Source: Pseudomonadota bacterium (GTDB taxonomy: Bacteria; Pseudomonadota; Gammaproteobacteria; Burkholderiales; Burkholderiaceae_B). From it: a stretch of 57,339 nucleotides of DNA. The position numbers were made by a program, and so were the translations under genes. The first letter of the stretch is position 1. Each line of letters opens with the position of its first letter. The notes under the pieces are model-generated. The model did no database searches. It worked only from the letters and a program-made list of their open reading frames with translations, and was not told where the DNA came from. Below, piece after piece: positions 1 to 9,333 of this stretch. The stretch covers positions 1 to 57,339 of the forward strand of contig JAFAGQ010000205.1 of assembly GCA_023422555.1 (NCBI GenBank), given 5' to 3'.

Positions 1-1229
1 TGTCTGACAATCATCCGCAGCAACAATACCTGAGTACCCCCGTTCTTCTTCTGATGGCAATTGCCTGCGGACTGTGCGCCGGAGGCAATTATTTCAATCA
101 GCCGCTGCTGCATTCCATTTCGCTGGATCTGGGCATCTCCGAAACCAAGGCTGCACTGACAGTCACTGTGGCTCAGGTGAGTTATGCGCTGGGCTTACTG
201 TTCATTGTACCCCTGGGCGACAAACTGGATCGTCGGCAGCTGTCAGTCGGATTGATGGTGCTGGCTGCCATAGGGCAGTTCATCAGTAGCTTTGCCCATA
301 ATAGCGGCATGCTGTTTACCGGTGTCGGAATGGCAGGACTGTTTTCGGTGGCCGCGCAGGTGCTGGTTCCGATGGCCGCGATACTGTCGGCACCCAGTCG
401 CAGTGGTCGCGCCGTCGGAATGGTGATGAGCGGTCTGCTGACGGGCATTCTGCTGGCCCGAAGCGTGGCAGGCCTGCTTTCCGGCATCGGTGGCTGGTCT
501 ACAGTCTATGTTGTTTCGGGCGTGATCATGCTTGTGATTGCCAGTACCTTGTGGTTCAAACTGCCTGCATCGCGCAATCCACACGCTGCCGGATATTTGT
601 CGATTCTGGCTTCGCTGTTTACGCTGTTACGCGAGCAGCCGCGTTTGCGCACACGGGCACTGATGGGCGGTCTTGCATTTGCGTCGGTCAGTGCACTTTT
701 CTCTACAATGGCCTTGCTTCTGGCCGGCCCGGCGCATGGCCTGAGTGATGTGGCTATTGGCCTGGTAGGTCTGGCCGGCGTCATGGGGGCAATGATGGCT
801 TCCCTTGCCGGCCGGCTCGCCGATCGCGGATTGGGGGACACCGTTTCCACTGTCAGTGTGATATTGCTGGTGATCAGTTGGGGATTGTTGTGGCTTGGCA
901 TCGATAATCTATGGTGGTTTCTGGCAGGTATGCTGATTATTGATCTGGCTCTGCAGGGTGTGCATATCAATAATCAGACGATCATCTTTGCCTTGCTGCC
1001 ACAAGCCCGCTCTCGACTGAATGCTGTTTACATGACAAGTTATTTCATTGGTGGTGCGTCTGGCTCAACGCTGGGTACAGTGGCATGGACTCAAGGCGGC
1101 TGGACTGGTACTTGTGTGCTGGGTGCTATATTGGCAGTAATGACGGGAGTGGCAACTATTGCAGACCGTCGGGTAAAGGCCAAAGCGCATGCCGCACCTG
1201 CCGAAAAACCGGCGATGAGCCGTGGCTGA
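1..1229 (+). CDS. MFS transporter; true start probably just left of the window
   Basis: Many hydrophobic segments and MFS motif A-like PLGDKLDRR / AGRLADRG. The frame is open back to base 3 and the window begins with 'tg' of a likely ATG. Confidence 0.9.
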   Translation, partial: SDNHPQQQYLSTPVLLLMAIACGLCAGGNYFNQPLLHSISLDLGISETKAALTVTVAQVSYALGLLFIVPLGDKLDRRQLSVGLMVLAAIGQFISSFAHNSGMLFTGVGMAGLFSVAAQVLVPMAAILSAPSRSGRAVGMVMSGLLTGILLARSVAGLLSGIGGWSTVYVVSGVIMLVIASTLWFKLPASRNPHAAGYLSILASLFTLLREQPRLRTRALMGGLAFASVSALFSTMALLLAGPAHGLSDVAIGLVGLAGVMGAMMASLAGRLADRGLGDTVSTVSVILLVISWGLLWLGIDNLWWFLAGMLIIDLALQGVHINNQTIIFALLPQARSRLNAVYMTSYFIGGASGSTLGTVAWTQGGWTGTCVLGAILAVMTGVATIADRRVKAKAHAAPAEKPAMSRG

Positions 1230-1276
1230 ACAGTTATCGCAATTTTTAGAACAATATTTTTGACAAGGAGACATAC

Positions 1277-1879
1277 ATGAAAATTTTTTATTCTTCTGCA
1301 TCCCCCTTTGTGCGCAAGGCCATGATCGTGGCTGAAGAGCTGGGCATCAACGACAGAATAGAACGCCTGCCTGCCGCTGCGAGCCCGGTCAAACGCGATA
1401 CGAACATTCTTCCGTACAACCCATTGGCCCAGGTTCCCACGTTTTTCACCGATGATGAACAGGTTCTCTTCGACAGCAAGGTCATCTGTGAATACCTCAA
1501 CACCACATTTAAAGGCAATCTCTTTGGTGATGAGCAGACGCGCTGGAAAATGCTGACTGATCACGCTGCGGCCGATGGCATTATTGGCGCTGCTTTGCTT
1601 GTGCGATATGAATTGCTGGCAAGACCAGAAGAACTGCAGTGGAAGGAATGGCTGGACGGCCAGACCGATAAAATCACAACAACGCTGCAGTACTTTGAGG
1701 ATAAGGCCAAAGAACTGGAAGACAGAATTGATATCGTTACGATCACTCTGGCGTGTGCAGTGGATTATCTGGACTTCAGATTGCCCGATTACAACTGGCA
1801 AGGGCATTTTCCTGCACTGAAGTCATGGTATGAAAAATTTTCAGTGCGTCCGAGTATTGCAACAACCAAACCCAAATAA
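1277..1879 (+). CDS. Glutathione S-transferase family protein
   Basis: SPFVRK, NPLAQVP and LFDSKVICEYL GST N-terminal motifs; GGAG RBS. Confidence 0.92.
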   Translation: MKIFYSSASPFVRKAMIVAEELGINDRIERLPAAASPVKRDTNILPYNPLAQVPTFFTDDEQVLFDSKVICEYLNTTFKGNLFGDEQTRWKMLTDHAAADGIIGAALLVRYELLARPEELQWKEWLDGQTDKITTTLQYFEDKAKELEDRIDIVTITLACAVDYLDFRLPDYNWQGHFPALKSWYEKFSVRPSIATTKPK

Positions 1880-1947
1880 GTTCCGGTTGCTGCGGTCGTG
1901 CCAGATCAGATCCATCACGATGTAGAACACGGCATTGAGGCAAACGC

Positions 1948-3672
1948 ATGACAGACAGACGTGCTTTTCTTCAGTTCATCATGGCGGCGGGTGGCGCGTG
2001 CATGCAGGCGCCATTGAAGGCGCAGGAGGGCATGGAACAGTTCTATGATCTTCCACCTTTCGGTAATGTCACTCTGCTGCACATTACCGATCTGCTGGAT
2101 CAATGGAAACCGCTATATTATCGGGAGCCTGCCGGGCAGATATTGCCCGAATCATCTGCGAATCGCGCGTTAACGGTATCTGGCGACGAACTGCTGCAAT
2201 ATTACAATCTTATGATTGGTTCTGCCCAGGCATATGCATTCAGCAGTGCAGATTATGAGGCATCTGCCAAGGACTACGGCATGCTTGGAGGTGTGGCCCA
2301 TCTGGCCACGTTGATACACATCGTCCGTAAAACGCGAAAGAACGCAGTACTAATGGATGGTGGCAATGGTGCCAGCAAATCCTGGGCGCCCTGGGCATCA
2401 AAAGCTGCCGTAACGCGGATACGCGGGGAATTGAAAATTGATCTGGCGTTGCCGGACAGAGATTCAATCACAGACGAAATGCCGGACGGAACATCCGGCT
2501 ACATCGCCCGGAATCTGGTCAGCAAACAGAATGACGGAGGAGCGTTGCCACCTTACCGCCTGTTTCGCAGGGACGGCAGAATCATCGCTGTTATTGGACA
2601 GCTGACACATAATGAAGCGCGACACCCTTTAACCGATACGCTTGAATCACCGGATGCGCAGAGTGCAGAAGCCGGTACAGAATTTGACGTTCAGTTTGAT
2701 CCTGCCGGCCTGCAAAAGACTGTTGATGAGGTTCGCGACAAAGGTGCAATTGCAGTTGTGTTGCTGTCACGTGCCGGCGTTGATGCGGATCTGCAACTGG
2801 CGGCACACGTGACTGGCATTGATGTGATCCTGGGCGGCCGTTCACTTACACCGCTGCCTGAACCGATAGCGGTGAAAAATAAAAAAGGTAAAACCCTGGT
2901 AACCAATGCAGGCGCACAGGGTCGCTTCCTGGGTGTGATGGATATGAAGATCGGCAAACGCGGTGTACTCGATTTTCGCTATAACCTGCTGCCCGTTGTA
3001 CAAAGTTTTCTACCGGCAGACCGCAAGATGGATGAGCAGATCAGGCTTGCCTATGAATCCGGATCTGAAAACCTTGGTGGCAAACTTTCGGTCACTCAAT
3101 CTTTGCTATATCGAAGAGGCAGCTTCAATGGAAGCTGGGATGAGTTATTGCTGGATGCCATGGTGCAGCATACGGGGGCAGATGTTGCTGCCTTCCCGGG
3201 CTACCGATGGGGAAGCACATTGCTGCCGGGCGCGACGATTACGCTGGAAGATGTGGTGGAGCAAACGGCACGCGGTCCGGAGCATATTTACGTTGGCACG
3301 CTTGATGGCGTGCAGATCAGAGATATGCTGGAAGCGGCTGCAGATGACGTTTTCAATCGAGATCCTGCACATCGTACTGCGCTGGATATGCTGCGCACCA
3401 AAGGAATAGACTACACGCTATTGCCGGAGAAGGGTGAAGACATGAGGATTGCAGATGTCATGATCGGTAATCAGCCGCTTGAGCCGGAACGCAAGTATCG
3501 TATAGCCGGATGGGGAGTGGCTGTGGGTGCTGAGGCAACGGTCGACGCACGCGTGCAGGACGTGCTGGCGAATTACCTCAGACAGAAAAAAACAGTCTCG
3601 ATAGAAAAAACATTCCGTCCAACTCTTGCAGATGCGGAAAAGAAATCAGAGCCTGCCGACAAGTCCGACTAA
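1948..3672 (+). CDS. soxB: SoxB-like (thiosulfohydrolase/5'-nucleotidase family) protein with degenerate metal ligands
   Basis: Tat signal TDRRAFL; SoxB-typical FGNVTLLHITD, YYREP, LLYRRGSFNGSWDELL, PGYRWG and ADDVFNRDP segments. Confidence 0.8.
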   Translation: MTDRRAFLQFIMAAGGACMQAPLKAQEGMEQFYDLPPFGNVTLLHITDLLDQWKPLYYREPAGQILPESSANRALTVSGDELLQYYNLMIGSAQAYAFSSADYEASAKDYGMLGGVAHLATLIHIVRKTRKNAVLMDGGNGASKSWAPWASKAAVTRIRGELKIDLALPDRDSITDEMPDGTSGYIARNLVSKQNDGGALPPYRLFRRDGRIIAVIGQLTHNEARHPLTDTLESPDAQSAEAGTEFDVQFDPAGLQKTVDEVRDKGAIAVVLLSRAGVDADLQLAAHVTGIDVILGGRSLTPLPEPIAVKNKKGKTLVTNAGAQGRFLGVMDMKIGKRGVLDFRYNLLPVVQSFLPADRKMDEQIRLAYESGSENLGGKLSVTQSLLYRRGSFNGSWDELLLDAMVQHTGADVAAFPGYRWGSTLLPGATITLEDVVEQTARGPEHIYVGTLDGVQIRDMLEAAADDVFNRDPAHRTALDMLRTKGIDYTLLPEKGEDMRIADVMIGNQPLEPERKYRIAGWGVAVGAEATVDARVQDVLANYLRQKKTVSIEKTFRPTLADAEKKSEPADKSD

Positions 3673-4667
3673 AGTCGAATCAGACGCTTGCCGAGATTTT
3701 TTCCCTGATACAACTCTTCGATCGCCCCCATTGCGGAAGCCAGACCATCGCTGATCTCTTCCCGGTAGGTAATATCTCCGGATCTTACCAACCCTTCCAG
3801 CTGACTGACATATTTTGAGTAAGTGTCTTTATGATCGAAAAGAATGAAACCTTCCATTCTTGCTCGTCGGGTCAGCAAAATGCGATTCACCCGCGGTCCC
3901 ATGGGTGGAGGATCCCAGGAGGCAATAGAGGCGGTGCCACAAACAACCACGCGTGCGCCTATCGCGAGATGCTGCATGACCACGTCTGAAATACTGCCGG
4001 CGGTATTATCAAAGTAAACGTTCACCCCATCCGGACACATGCGCTTGACGGCTTCATTAATATTATCGGTTTTGTAATTGATGGCATGGTCGTATTTGAA
4101 GTCATACAGACATGCCCTGACCTTATCCGCCGATCCGGTCAGACCCACCGTTCGACACCCCAGGGCTTTGGCCAATTGACCAACACATGAACCGACGCCG
4201 CCCGCCGCCGTTGACACGACAACGGTGTCTCCCGGCTGAGGAGACCCAAGCTTGTCCAATGCAGTTGCTGCAGTAACGCCATTTAAACCCAGCACACCCA
4301 GATAGAGCGAAGCAGGCAAATCGCTTGCGGTGATCTTCTGAACCACGCCCTCTGCCTTGACAACTGCGTAGTGCTGCCAGCCAAACCAGCCCATGACGCG
4401 TTCACCTTTCTGGTAGCCTTCGGCAAGCGATTCTTCCACAACGCCGACGCACAATGATCGCATGATATCGCCGACCTTAACGCTGGCATAATTCTGGGCG
4501 TCCGCCAGCCACCCGCGCATGGCGGGCTCAACGGAAAGCCATTCATTTCGCACCCGCATCTGTCCCGGTTCTACCGGCGGCACCTCTGCTTTTTCGATCC
4601 TGAAAGTCTCTGCAGTGGGTATGCCGGTGGGTTTCGAAACGACCCGAATCAATTCACTGGTCAGCAT
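3669..4667 (-). CDS. NADP-dependent oxidoreductase (PTGR/CurA-like, MDR family)
   Basis: LSVEPAMRGW, VVSTAAGGVGS, GVNVYFDNTAG and GKNLGKRL motifs. Confidence 0.92.
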   Translation of the reverse strand: MLTSELIRVVSKPTGIPTAETFRIEKAEVPPVEPGQMRVRNEWLSVEPAMRGWLADAQNYASVKVGDIMRSLCVGVVEESLAEGYQKGERVMGWFGWQHYAVVKAEGVVQKITASDLPASLYLGVLGLNGVTAATALDKLGSPQPGDTVVVSTAAGGVGSCVGQLAKALGCRTVGLTGSADKVRACLYDFKYDHAINYKTDNINEAVKRMCPDGVNVYFDNTAGSISDVVMQHLAIGARVVVCGTASIASWDPPPMGPRVNRILLTRRARMEGFILFDHKDTYSKYVSQLEGLVRSGDITYREEISDGLASAMGAIEELYQGKNLGKRLIRL

Positions 4668-5267
4668 GGTGTTGTCTCCTACTTTTGTGCTTCAGCGTTG
4701 CGGATATTAAGGCAGATCAGCCTGGGGCCGATCTGCCAATATTCTTGATGCAATATTATCAGGCAGAGTGACAGTGTACTTGTTTGTGGGGTCGGCGGAG
4801 GGCGCAGGCACGGGGCGCTTGTCATCGAAATAAAATTCGAGTGCGGTCATAGACCGACCCCGACCCTCTGTGCGCACGACCGCAAAATGAGTAACTTTCT
4901 GAAAGATGGAGGGATGAGAGGAAAGTCAAAAATGATTCAGACCTAGACCAGCCGCTCAGCCTTATTTTTGCACCGTCAAAATTATGCTTCAGAATTCGCT
5001 AGCTAGTGAGCAGAATCGACCGACTGTACATGCTTTGGATATCGCTAACTGCAATAGTTATGGCGTATGGCTGGGGGGATAATCAGAAAGAATACGCTCC
5101 CGAAATGGTGACCGCACCTGTCATATACGAAAGATAAACGTCAAGAAAAAATACGTTCGTCCTTCGACATTTGCCCCCATCGTTCAGAGAAAGTACTCCC
5201 TTCAATATTAATCTATAGAAAAACAATTATACTTATTGAATTACTTAATTACATATGGGGGGTGTGA

Positions 5268-5918
5268 ATGAAACGGATTTCTTTTGCAATTATGGGGGCC
5301 TTGTTGTTATCAGGGTGCGCGCTCAAGTATGCGCCGGCAGAGAGAAACACAAAAATGTTTGACGAGCCAGCAATTGGTACGGTTGCCTCAGCGCAGGTCG
5401 GGGACCATATGCTACGCAAAGGTCTAATAGTTGAGGAGGAGGTTCTTTCGGTGAAAGCGATGATTGATGGGTTTGCTTATGATGTTGTCCCGGGCGAATA
5501 TCCCCAACTAGGTTATACAGATACAGAGAAATTCTTTGTACCTACGGGCGTCGTTCGCAATCCGCTTGCAGACCCTTTCCAGGCAATATCTGTCAAGAAT
5601 AATAAGCCCAAACAAATATGCGTGGTTACCGTCATGTCGGCAAGGGCGTGTTATGACGGTGATTTTGACATTGTAAAGCGCGCCTCTACACGCGAATCAA
5701 GTTTCCAGCAGACTCTTATTTATAGCGGCAGAGTTGGGAAGAAAATAAATATTGGATACAGAGAATTCAGCAACAACACTGCAAGGCCTGCTTTTAATAA
5801 TGACGTGGAGTATGACCTCTCGACCTCCAAAACAATTGGCTATAAAGGCGCTCAGTTAGAGGTGATCAAGGCGGATAACTCGGGTATTACATATAGAGTG
5901 ATTAGTAGTTTTAGGTAG
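5268..5918 (+). CDS. Putative lipoprotein in a low-GC islet
   Basis: Lipobox LLSGC; AT-rich upstream region. Confidence 0.8.
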   Translation: MKRISFAIMGALLLSGCALKYAPAERNTKMFDEPAIGTVASAQVGDHMLRKGLIVEEEVLSVKAMIDGFAYDVVPGEYPQLGYTDTEKFFVPTGVVRNPLADPFQAISVKNNKPKQICVVTVMSARACYDGDFDIVKRASTRESSFQQTLIYSGRVGKKINIGYREFSNNTARPAFNNDVEYDLSTSKTIGYKGAQLEVIKADNSGITYRVISSFR

Positions 5919-5951
5919 GAATGTTGAACTTCATGAGTAGGGGAGACTGAT

Positions 5952-6290
5952 ATGACAATAGAGCGTGACATACTGGAAGCATTGTTGAATCATGACTTAT
6001 TACAGAGTGATGATGCTAAAGTGCTTGGTATAGCCAGATTGGCAGTAGATACTGATTTTGACCAACTTACCGACCGGCAAAAATATGTATTGCATCCATT
6101 TTTGACAGCAAAGTGCGATGGGGTGGAGGACCCTGGCGGCTACCATAATAGATGCCAAAAGACTCTCGAAGAGCAAGAACTATTAGAAGCCATCACAAAC
6201 TACGGCGATTACGGTTCAATGCTATGTGAGAGGTGTAGGAATGAACAAGACAACTATACATATGAGTGGGAGAGAATTAGAGCCGAATAG
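5952..6290 (+). CDS. Hypothetical protein, possibly Zn-binding
   Basis: GGAG RBS; four Cys including C-terminal CxxC. Confidence 0.7.
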   Translation: MTIERDILEALLNHDLLQSDDAKVLGIARLAVDTDFDQLTDRQKYVLHPFLTAKCDGVEDPGGYHNRCQKTLEEQELLEAITNYGDYGSMLCERCRNEQDNYTYEWERIRAE

Positions 6291-6465
6291 CTGTATGTAC
6301 CGGTTGGTAGGTTAGAGCTGTAAAAGCATCTGAAATGCGAGTGGTGTCCACAGATTGTGGCAGGTGTCCTGGAAGTTAAGGGGGCCGTCTGCTTGAAACT
6401 TAGCAGGCCTCATCCCCGCGCCCCCGCGTCGATTATCGAAGTCTATACAGCGGCTACATGGAGTG

Positions 6466-6499
6466 AAAAAGAAAAACGCCAATTCTCATTGATTGGCGT
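6466..6499 (-). terminator. Rho-independent terminator just beyond the duplicated tRNA 3' end
   Basis: Stem ACGCCAAT (6476-6483) / ATTGGCGT (6492-6499) with a U-tract on the minus strand. Confidence 0.7.
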
Positions 6500-6514
6500 A
6501 AGTCTTTGATTTTG

Positions 6515-6532
6515 CGTGGTGCCGATAAGAGG
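6515..6532. repeat. att core, left copy (displaced tRNA-Thr 3' end)
   Basis: CGTGGTGCCGATAAGAGG, identical to 57030-57047. Confidence 0.95.
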
Positions 6533-6560
6533 CACCAATTTACAAGCATCCATGCGCCCT

Positions 6561-6590
6561 GGCGGGGAGTGGTGGGGAGATTTTGGGAGG
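6561..6590. promoter_or_regulatory. Putative integrase arm-type binding sites (left)
   Basis: Tandem GGGGAG-like motifs that recur near the other att at 56892-56925. Confidence 0.6.
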
Positions 6591-6591
6591 A

Positions 6592-6813
6592 TTAATCAGG
6601 CAGGTTTAAATAGCGAGAAATTTCAGCGCCGGTAATGCGACCGTCCACCGGCTTGATCTTACCCTCAGATATCCTGCGCTGTAGGGTATTGTAGCTGATA
6701 CCCAGCATACGGGCGGCATCAGTCATGTGATAGAGGGTAATGTTCGTGAATACCTTCATGGCCGCCTTGTCGAGCATATCCTGAATTTCGTACTTTTCAA
6801 GCGTTACAGACAT
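6592..6813 (-). CDS. xis: Excisionase-like HTH protein
   Basis: Small winged-HTH (MTDAARMLGISYNTLQRRISEGKI), last gene of the early-left operon, next to att. Confidence 0.75.
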   Translation of the reverse strand: MSVTLEKYEIQDMLDKAAMKVFTNITLYHMTDAARMLGISYNTLQRRISEGKIKPVDGRITGAEISRYLNLPD

Positions 6814-6903
6814 ATCATTTCTCCAACAAAAAACCCGCCGGCGGCAGGTTCCATGATTTAGCAGTGGTGGATAGAAGGCGGGCGATGTGCTCTGGGTCGA
6901 ATG

Positions 6904-7197
6904 TCATGCCATCAATTCCGCTTCTTTCTCAATGCTTTGACGTGGCGACTCTTTGTGAATTGGCATCAGATCCTTGTCCCATATCGGGCCGCAAGAGGCA
7001 TATTGTCCGTTTTTGGTAATAAGCCACGACCCTTGCGTTTCTATCAACCATTCGCAGGATTTCGTCTGGGGAGCGAAATCAATCCCTCCTATTGTGCTGC
7101 GCATGTTCCACCGCTCCACCACAAGAACTACTTTTCCAATATTCGTCGGATTGTGTGCATTGATGATAATCGCTAAATCGCCTGGTTCACATTTCAT
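6904..7197 (-). CDS. Phage hypothetical protein
   Basis: MKCEPGDLAIII N-terminus typical of small phage proteins; GGAG RBS. Confidence 0.75.
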   Translation of the reverse strand: MKCEPGDLAIIINAHNPTNIGKVVLVVERWNMRSTIGGIDFAPQTKSCEWLIETQGSWLITKNGQYASCGPIWDKDLMPIHKESPRQSIEKEAELMA

Positions 7198-7198
7198 A

Positions 7199-7381
7199 TT
7201 ATTCTCCGTTCAATTCCTTGCATTTTCGTTTGCCCAACATGCACCGGTCGAGCCGCACGGCAAGCGCGCGGGTCAGTTCGTTTCGCATGTATTCATACAC
7301 GGTCATGCCATACATAGGCGGTTCCGGCAATGGGGTGGTGATGCCGCTTTGTTCTAGTGCGCGGCGGATGGCGTCGGTCAT
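7199..7381 (-). CDS. Phage hypothetical protein
   Basis: ATG overlaps the stop of the upstream gene (ATGA). Confidence 0.55.
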   Translation of the reverse strand: MTDAIRRALEQSGITTPLPEPPMYGMTVYEYMRNELTRALAVRLDRCMLGKRKCKELNGE

Positions 7382-7731
7382 TTGGCACCTTTTTCGGATA
7401 ACGGAAGCGGCTCGTAATTGCAGCAATAGTCGTAATCCATATCCGGGTATTCGTCGCATGCATCCTGAAAGTCCTCATCGCTGAAAAAATCCTCGCGCTT
7501 CGGCCTTTTCACTAGGTTTACCATCGCCGTGTAATGGGTGACTTTACCAACGATGATCTGATCGACCTCTTCCGACCATCCATCTTGATTGTGCGAATCT
7601 ATCATCCTCTTTGCGCAGTCAATCGCCTCCTGTTCAGTGGCAAAGTACACAATGTCACCATCTGATGGGTCGCTTGCAAACCACGGATGATCTGCTGAAG
7701 GGGAATAATGGTATTTGTCTGTGTCTGTCAT
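7378..7731 (-). CDS. Phage hypothetical acidic protein
   Basis: Start MTDTDK overlaps the upstream stop (ATGA). Confidence 0.7.
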   Translation of the reverse strand: MTDTDKYHYSPSADHPWFASDPSDGDIVYFATEQEAIDCAKRMIDSHNQDGWSEEVDQIIVGKVTHYTAMVNLVKRPKREDFFSDEDFQDACDEYPDMDYDYCCNYEPLPLSEKGAK

Positions 7732-7907
7732 GATTTTTTTCCGACAAAGTAATAGCTGTCTTTTCCGCATTTCGGACATGCGCTTTGCATAGCGCCTTTG
7801 AGCGTCTTATGGGGAACCTGTTTCATATCGGTCTCGAATCCGCGCCATTTGCATTTTCGATTTGCGCATTCAATTTGAGCCGTTCCGAATTTTGGGTACT
7901 CAGTCAT
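7728..7907 (-). CDS. Small zinc-finger protein, 59 aa (not in the ORF track)
   Basis: Manual translation MTEYPKFGTAQIECANRKCKW...ACPKCGKDSYYFVGKKS; ATGA-coupled at both ends. Confidence 0.7.
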   Translation of the reverse strand: MTEYPKFGTAQIECANRKCKWRGFETDMKQVPHKTLKGAMQSACPKCGKDSYYFVGKKS

Positions 7908-8458
7908 AACCCCTCCCTCTCAGCGCGCATTGCTGCGATGATGGCTTCTCGTGGTGAATCGGCAAGAGTGCCATTTAATACTGTTCCATACGGCCCATAC
8001 CCGCAATAGTATTGGTTCCCTCTCCTTTCGACAAGTCCGTTATTTTCAATCATCCAATCCAGAATTTCCGCGCCTGAGAACTCCGTTCGACTGTCGCTCG
8101 GCTGGGCTGGCTGGGATTTCAGGGCGCGTATTGTTTTTGCGGCATGGACTGAAGTCATACCGGTGCCCCCTATCGCTCCTGCAGCCTCTTCAAGCGCCGC
8201 ATCACGCGCCGCTTCCTTATCGGATTCATATGTCAAGGATTGCTTGACAGTTGCTGCGGGGGTGGCGGATAGCATACGTCCCCATACATCACGCATATAC
8301 GATGACCATCCGTAGCCATAATGAAGCCCGACATTCAATGCGAATGCGACAGCGCGATCCAACATTTCCTCGGTTGGCTCAACCGGTACGATCATGTAGC
8401 CCGGCGTCGCCGCCTTCGCCAGCCTTTCGAGTTCTGTAATATCGGTGGGTGTTGTCAT
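7904..8458 (-). CDS. Phage hypothetical protein (Ea22-like mosaic)
   Basis: ITELERLAKAATPG, VPVEPTEEM and SPREAIIAAM segments are common in lambdoid early genes. Confidence 0.7.
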   Translation of the reverse strand: MTTPTDITELERLAKAATPGYMIVPVEPTEEMLDRAVAFALNVGLHYGYGWSSYMRDVWGRMLSATPAATVKQSLTYESDKEAARDAALEEAAGAIGGTGMTSVHAAKTIRALKSQPAQPSDSRTEFSGAEILDWMIENNGLVERRGNQYYCGYGPYGTVLNGTLADSPREAIIAAMRAEREGL

Positions 8459-8600
8459 AATGCAAGCTCCAATTGTCTTTCTTCCGCCTGATACTGCCGG
8501 CGCCGTTTTGCTGCCCAATCAAGCAACGTTGCGTGAAATTTTCCATCGTGCCGCCGCGCTCGGGCTTCGCGTAGGTAAATGCGCGCTTGGTAGAGGTGGG

Positions 8601-8783
8601 TCATACTGCCTCCGTTGTAATAGCCAGATCGTCAAGCATCGTCGCAAGCGGTTTTGATTTCCCCGCCCGTATGTTGCGCATCCGCTGCTCCGACACGCCA
8701 TAAAATGCAGCGACGTGAGCGTTGCCATTGAAGTTGTTGCGGATGTACGAGCGCATCCGGAAGATGAATTGCTGTTTTGTCAT
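8601..8783 (-). CDS. Small HTH protein
   Basis: AHVAAFYGVSEQRMRNIRAG HTH pattern. Confidence 0.65.
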   Translation of the reverse strand: MTKQQFIFRMRSYIRNNFNGNAHVAAFYGVSEQRMRNIRAGKSKPLATMLDDLAITTEAV

Positions 8784-8807
8784 GGCGGTAAAAAAGCCCA
8801 GGGAGGG

Positions 8808-9290
8808 CTATTTGAGGGTGAGGGATTGGGTGCGGGTCAGCTTGGCGCCCGGAACGTCAGCCCCGGCCTTGATGGCGTCCTTGATGGCCGTCTTGGACAA
8901 TTCCTTTTTGACCTTGAAATAATCCTCGGGCACCTGGCGCTCGTCGAACACTTCGACCGATTCCGGGTTATTGCGCACCGACAGGGTGAAAAGCGGGTGC
9001 TCGATCTTCTGCATGCCGACCGCGTTCATGGCGTACAGCAAGCGGTCTTTCAGATTCTGCAGGCGATTGGCGCGCACTTTGCGGATGCCCTGCAATCGGG
9101 CAATCTCTGCCGCGATCAGGTCATCTTCCAGATTCATCCGGCGCATGACGTGGCCGTAATCCTGCATCTTGGGGATCAGGTCGGTTTCCGCTTCGATGGT
9201 ATCCAGCGCCGCCTGATCTTCGATGCCCATATCGGTCATGCGGTCGTACAGGGCGCGGGCTTCGTTCGTAAGTTCAATGAGTGTGCTCAT
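8808..9290 (-). CDS. Siphovirus Gp157-family protein
   Basis: Coiled-coil N-terminus plus C-terminal FTLSVRNNPESV...KTAIKDAIKAGADVPGAKL signature. Confidence 0.88.
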   Translation of the reverse strand: MSTLIELTNEARALYDRMTDMGIEDQAALDTIEAETDLIPKMQDYGHVMRRMNLEDDLIAAEIARLQGIRKVRANRLQNLKDRLLYAMNAVGMQKIEHPLFTLSVRNNPESVEVFDERQVPEDYFKVKKELSKTAIKDAIKAGADVPGAKLTRTQSLTLK

Positions 9291-9333
9291 ATCTATGTCC
9301 GTAAAAAAGCCCCGGGAAGGGGGCTGGGGTTAG

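Noticed and set aside
4720..6514. A further att copy delimiting the left islet
   Set aside because: No additional match to the tRNA-Thr 3' core found by eye, so the islet is not called a defined mobile element.
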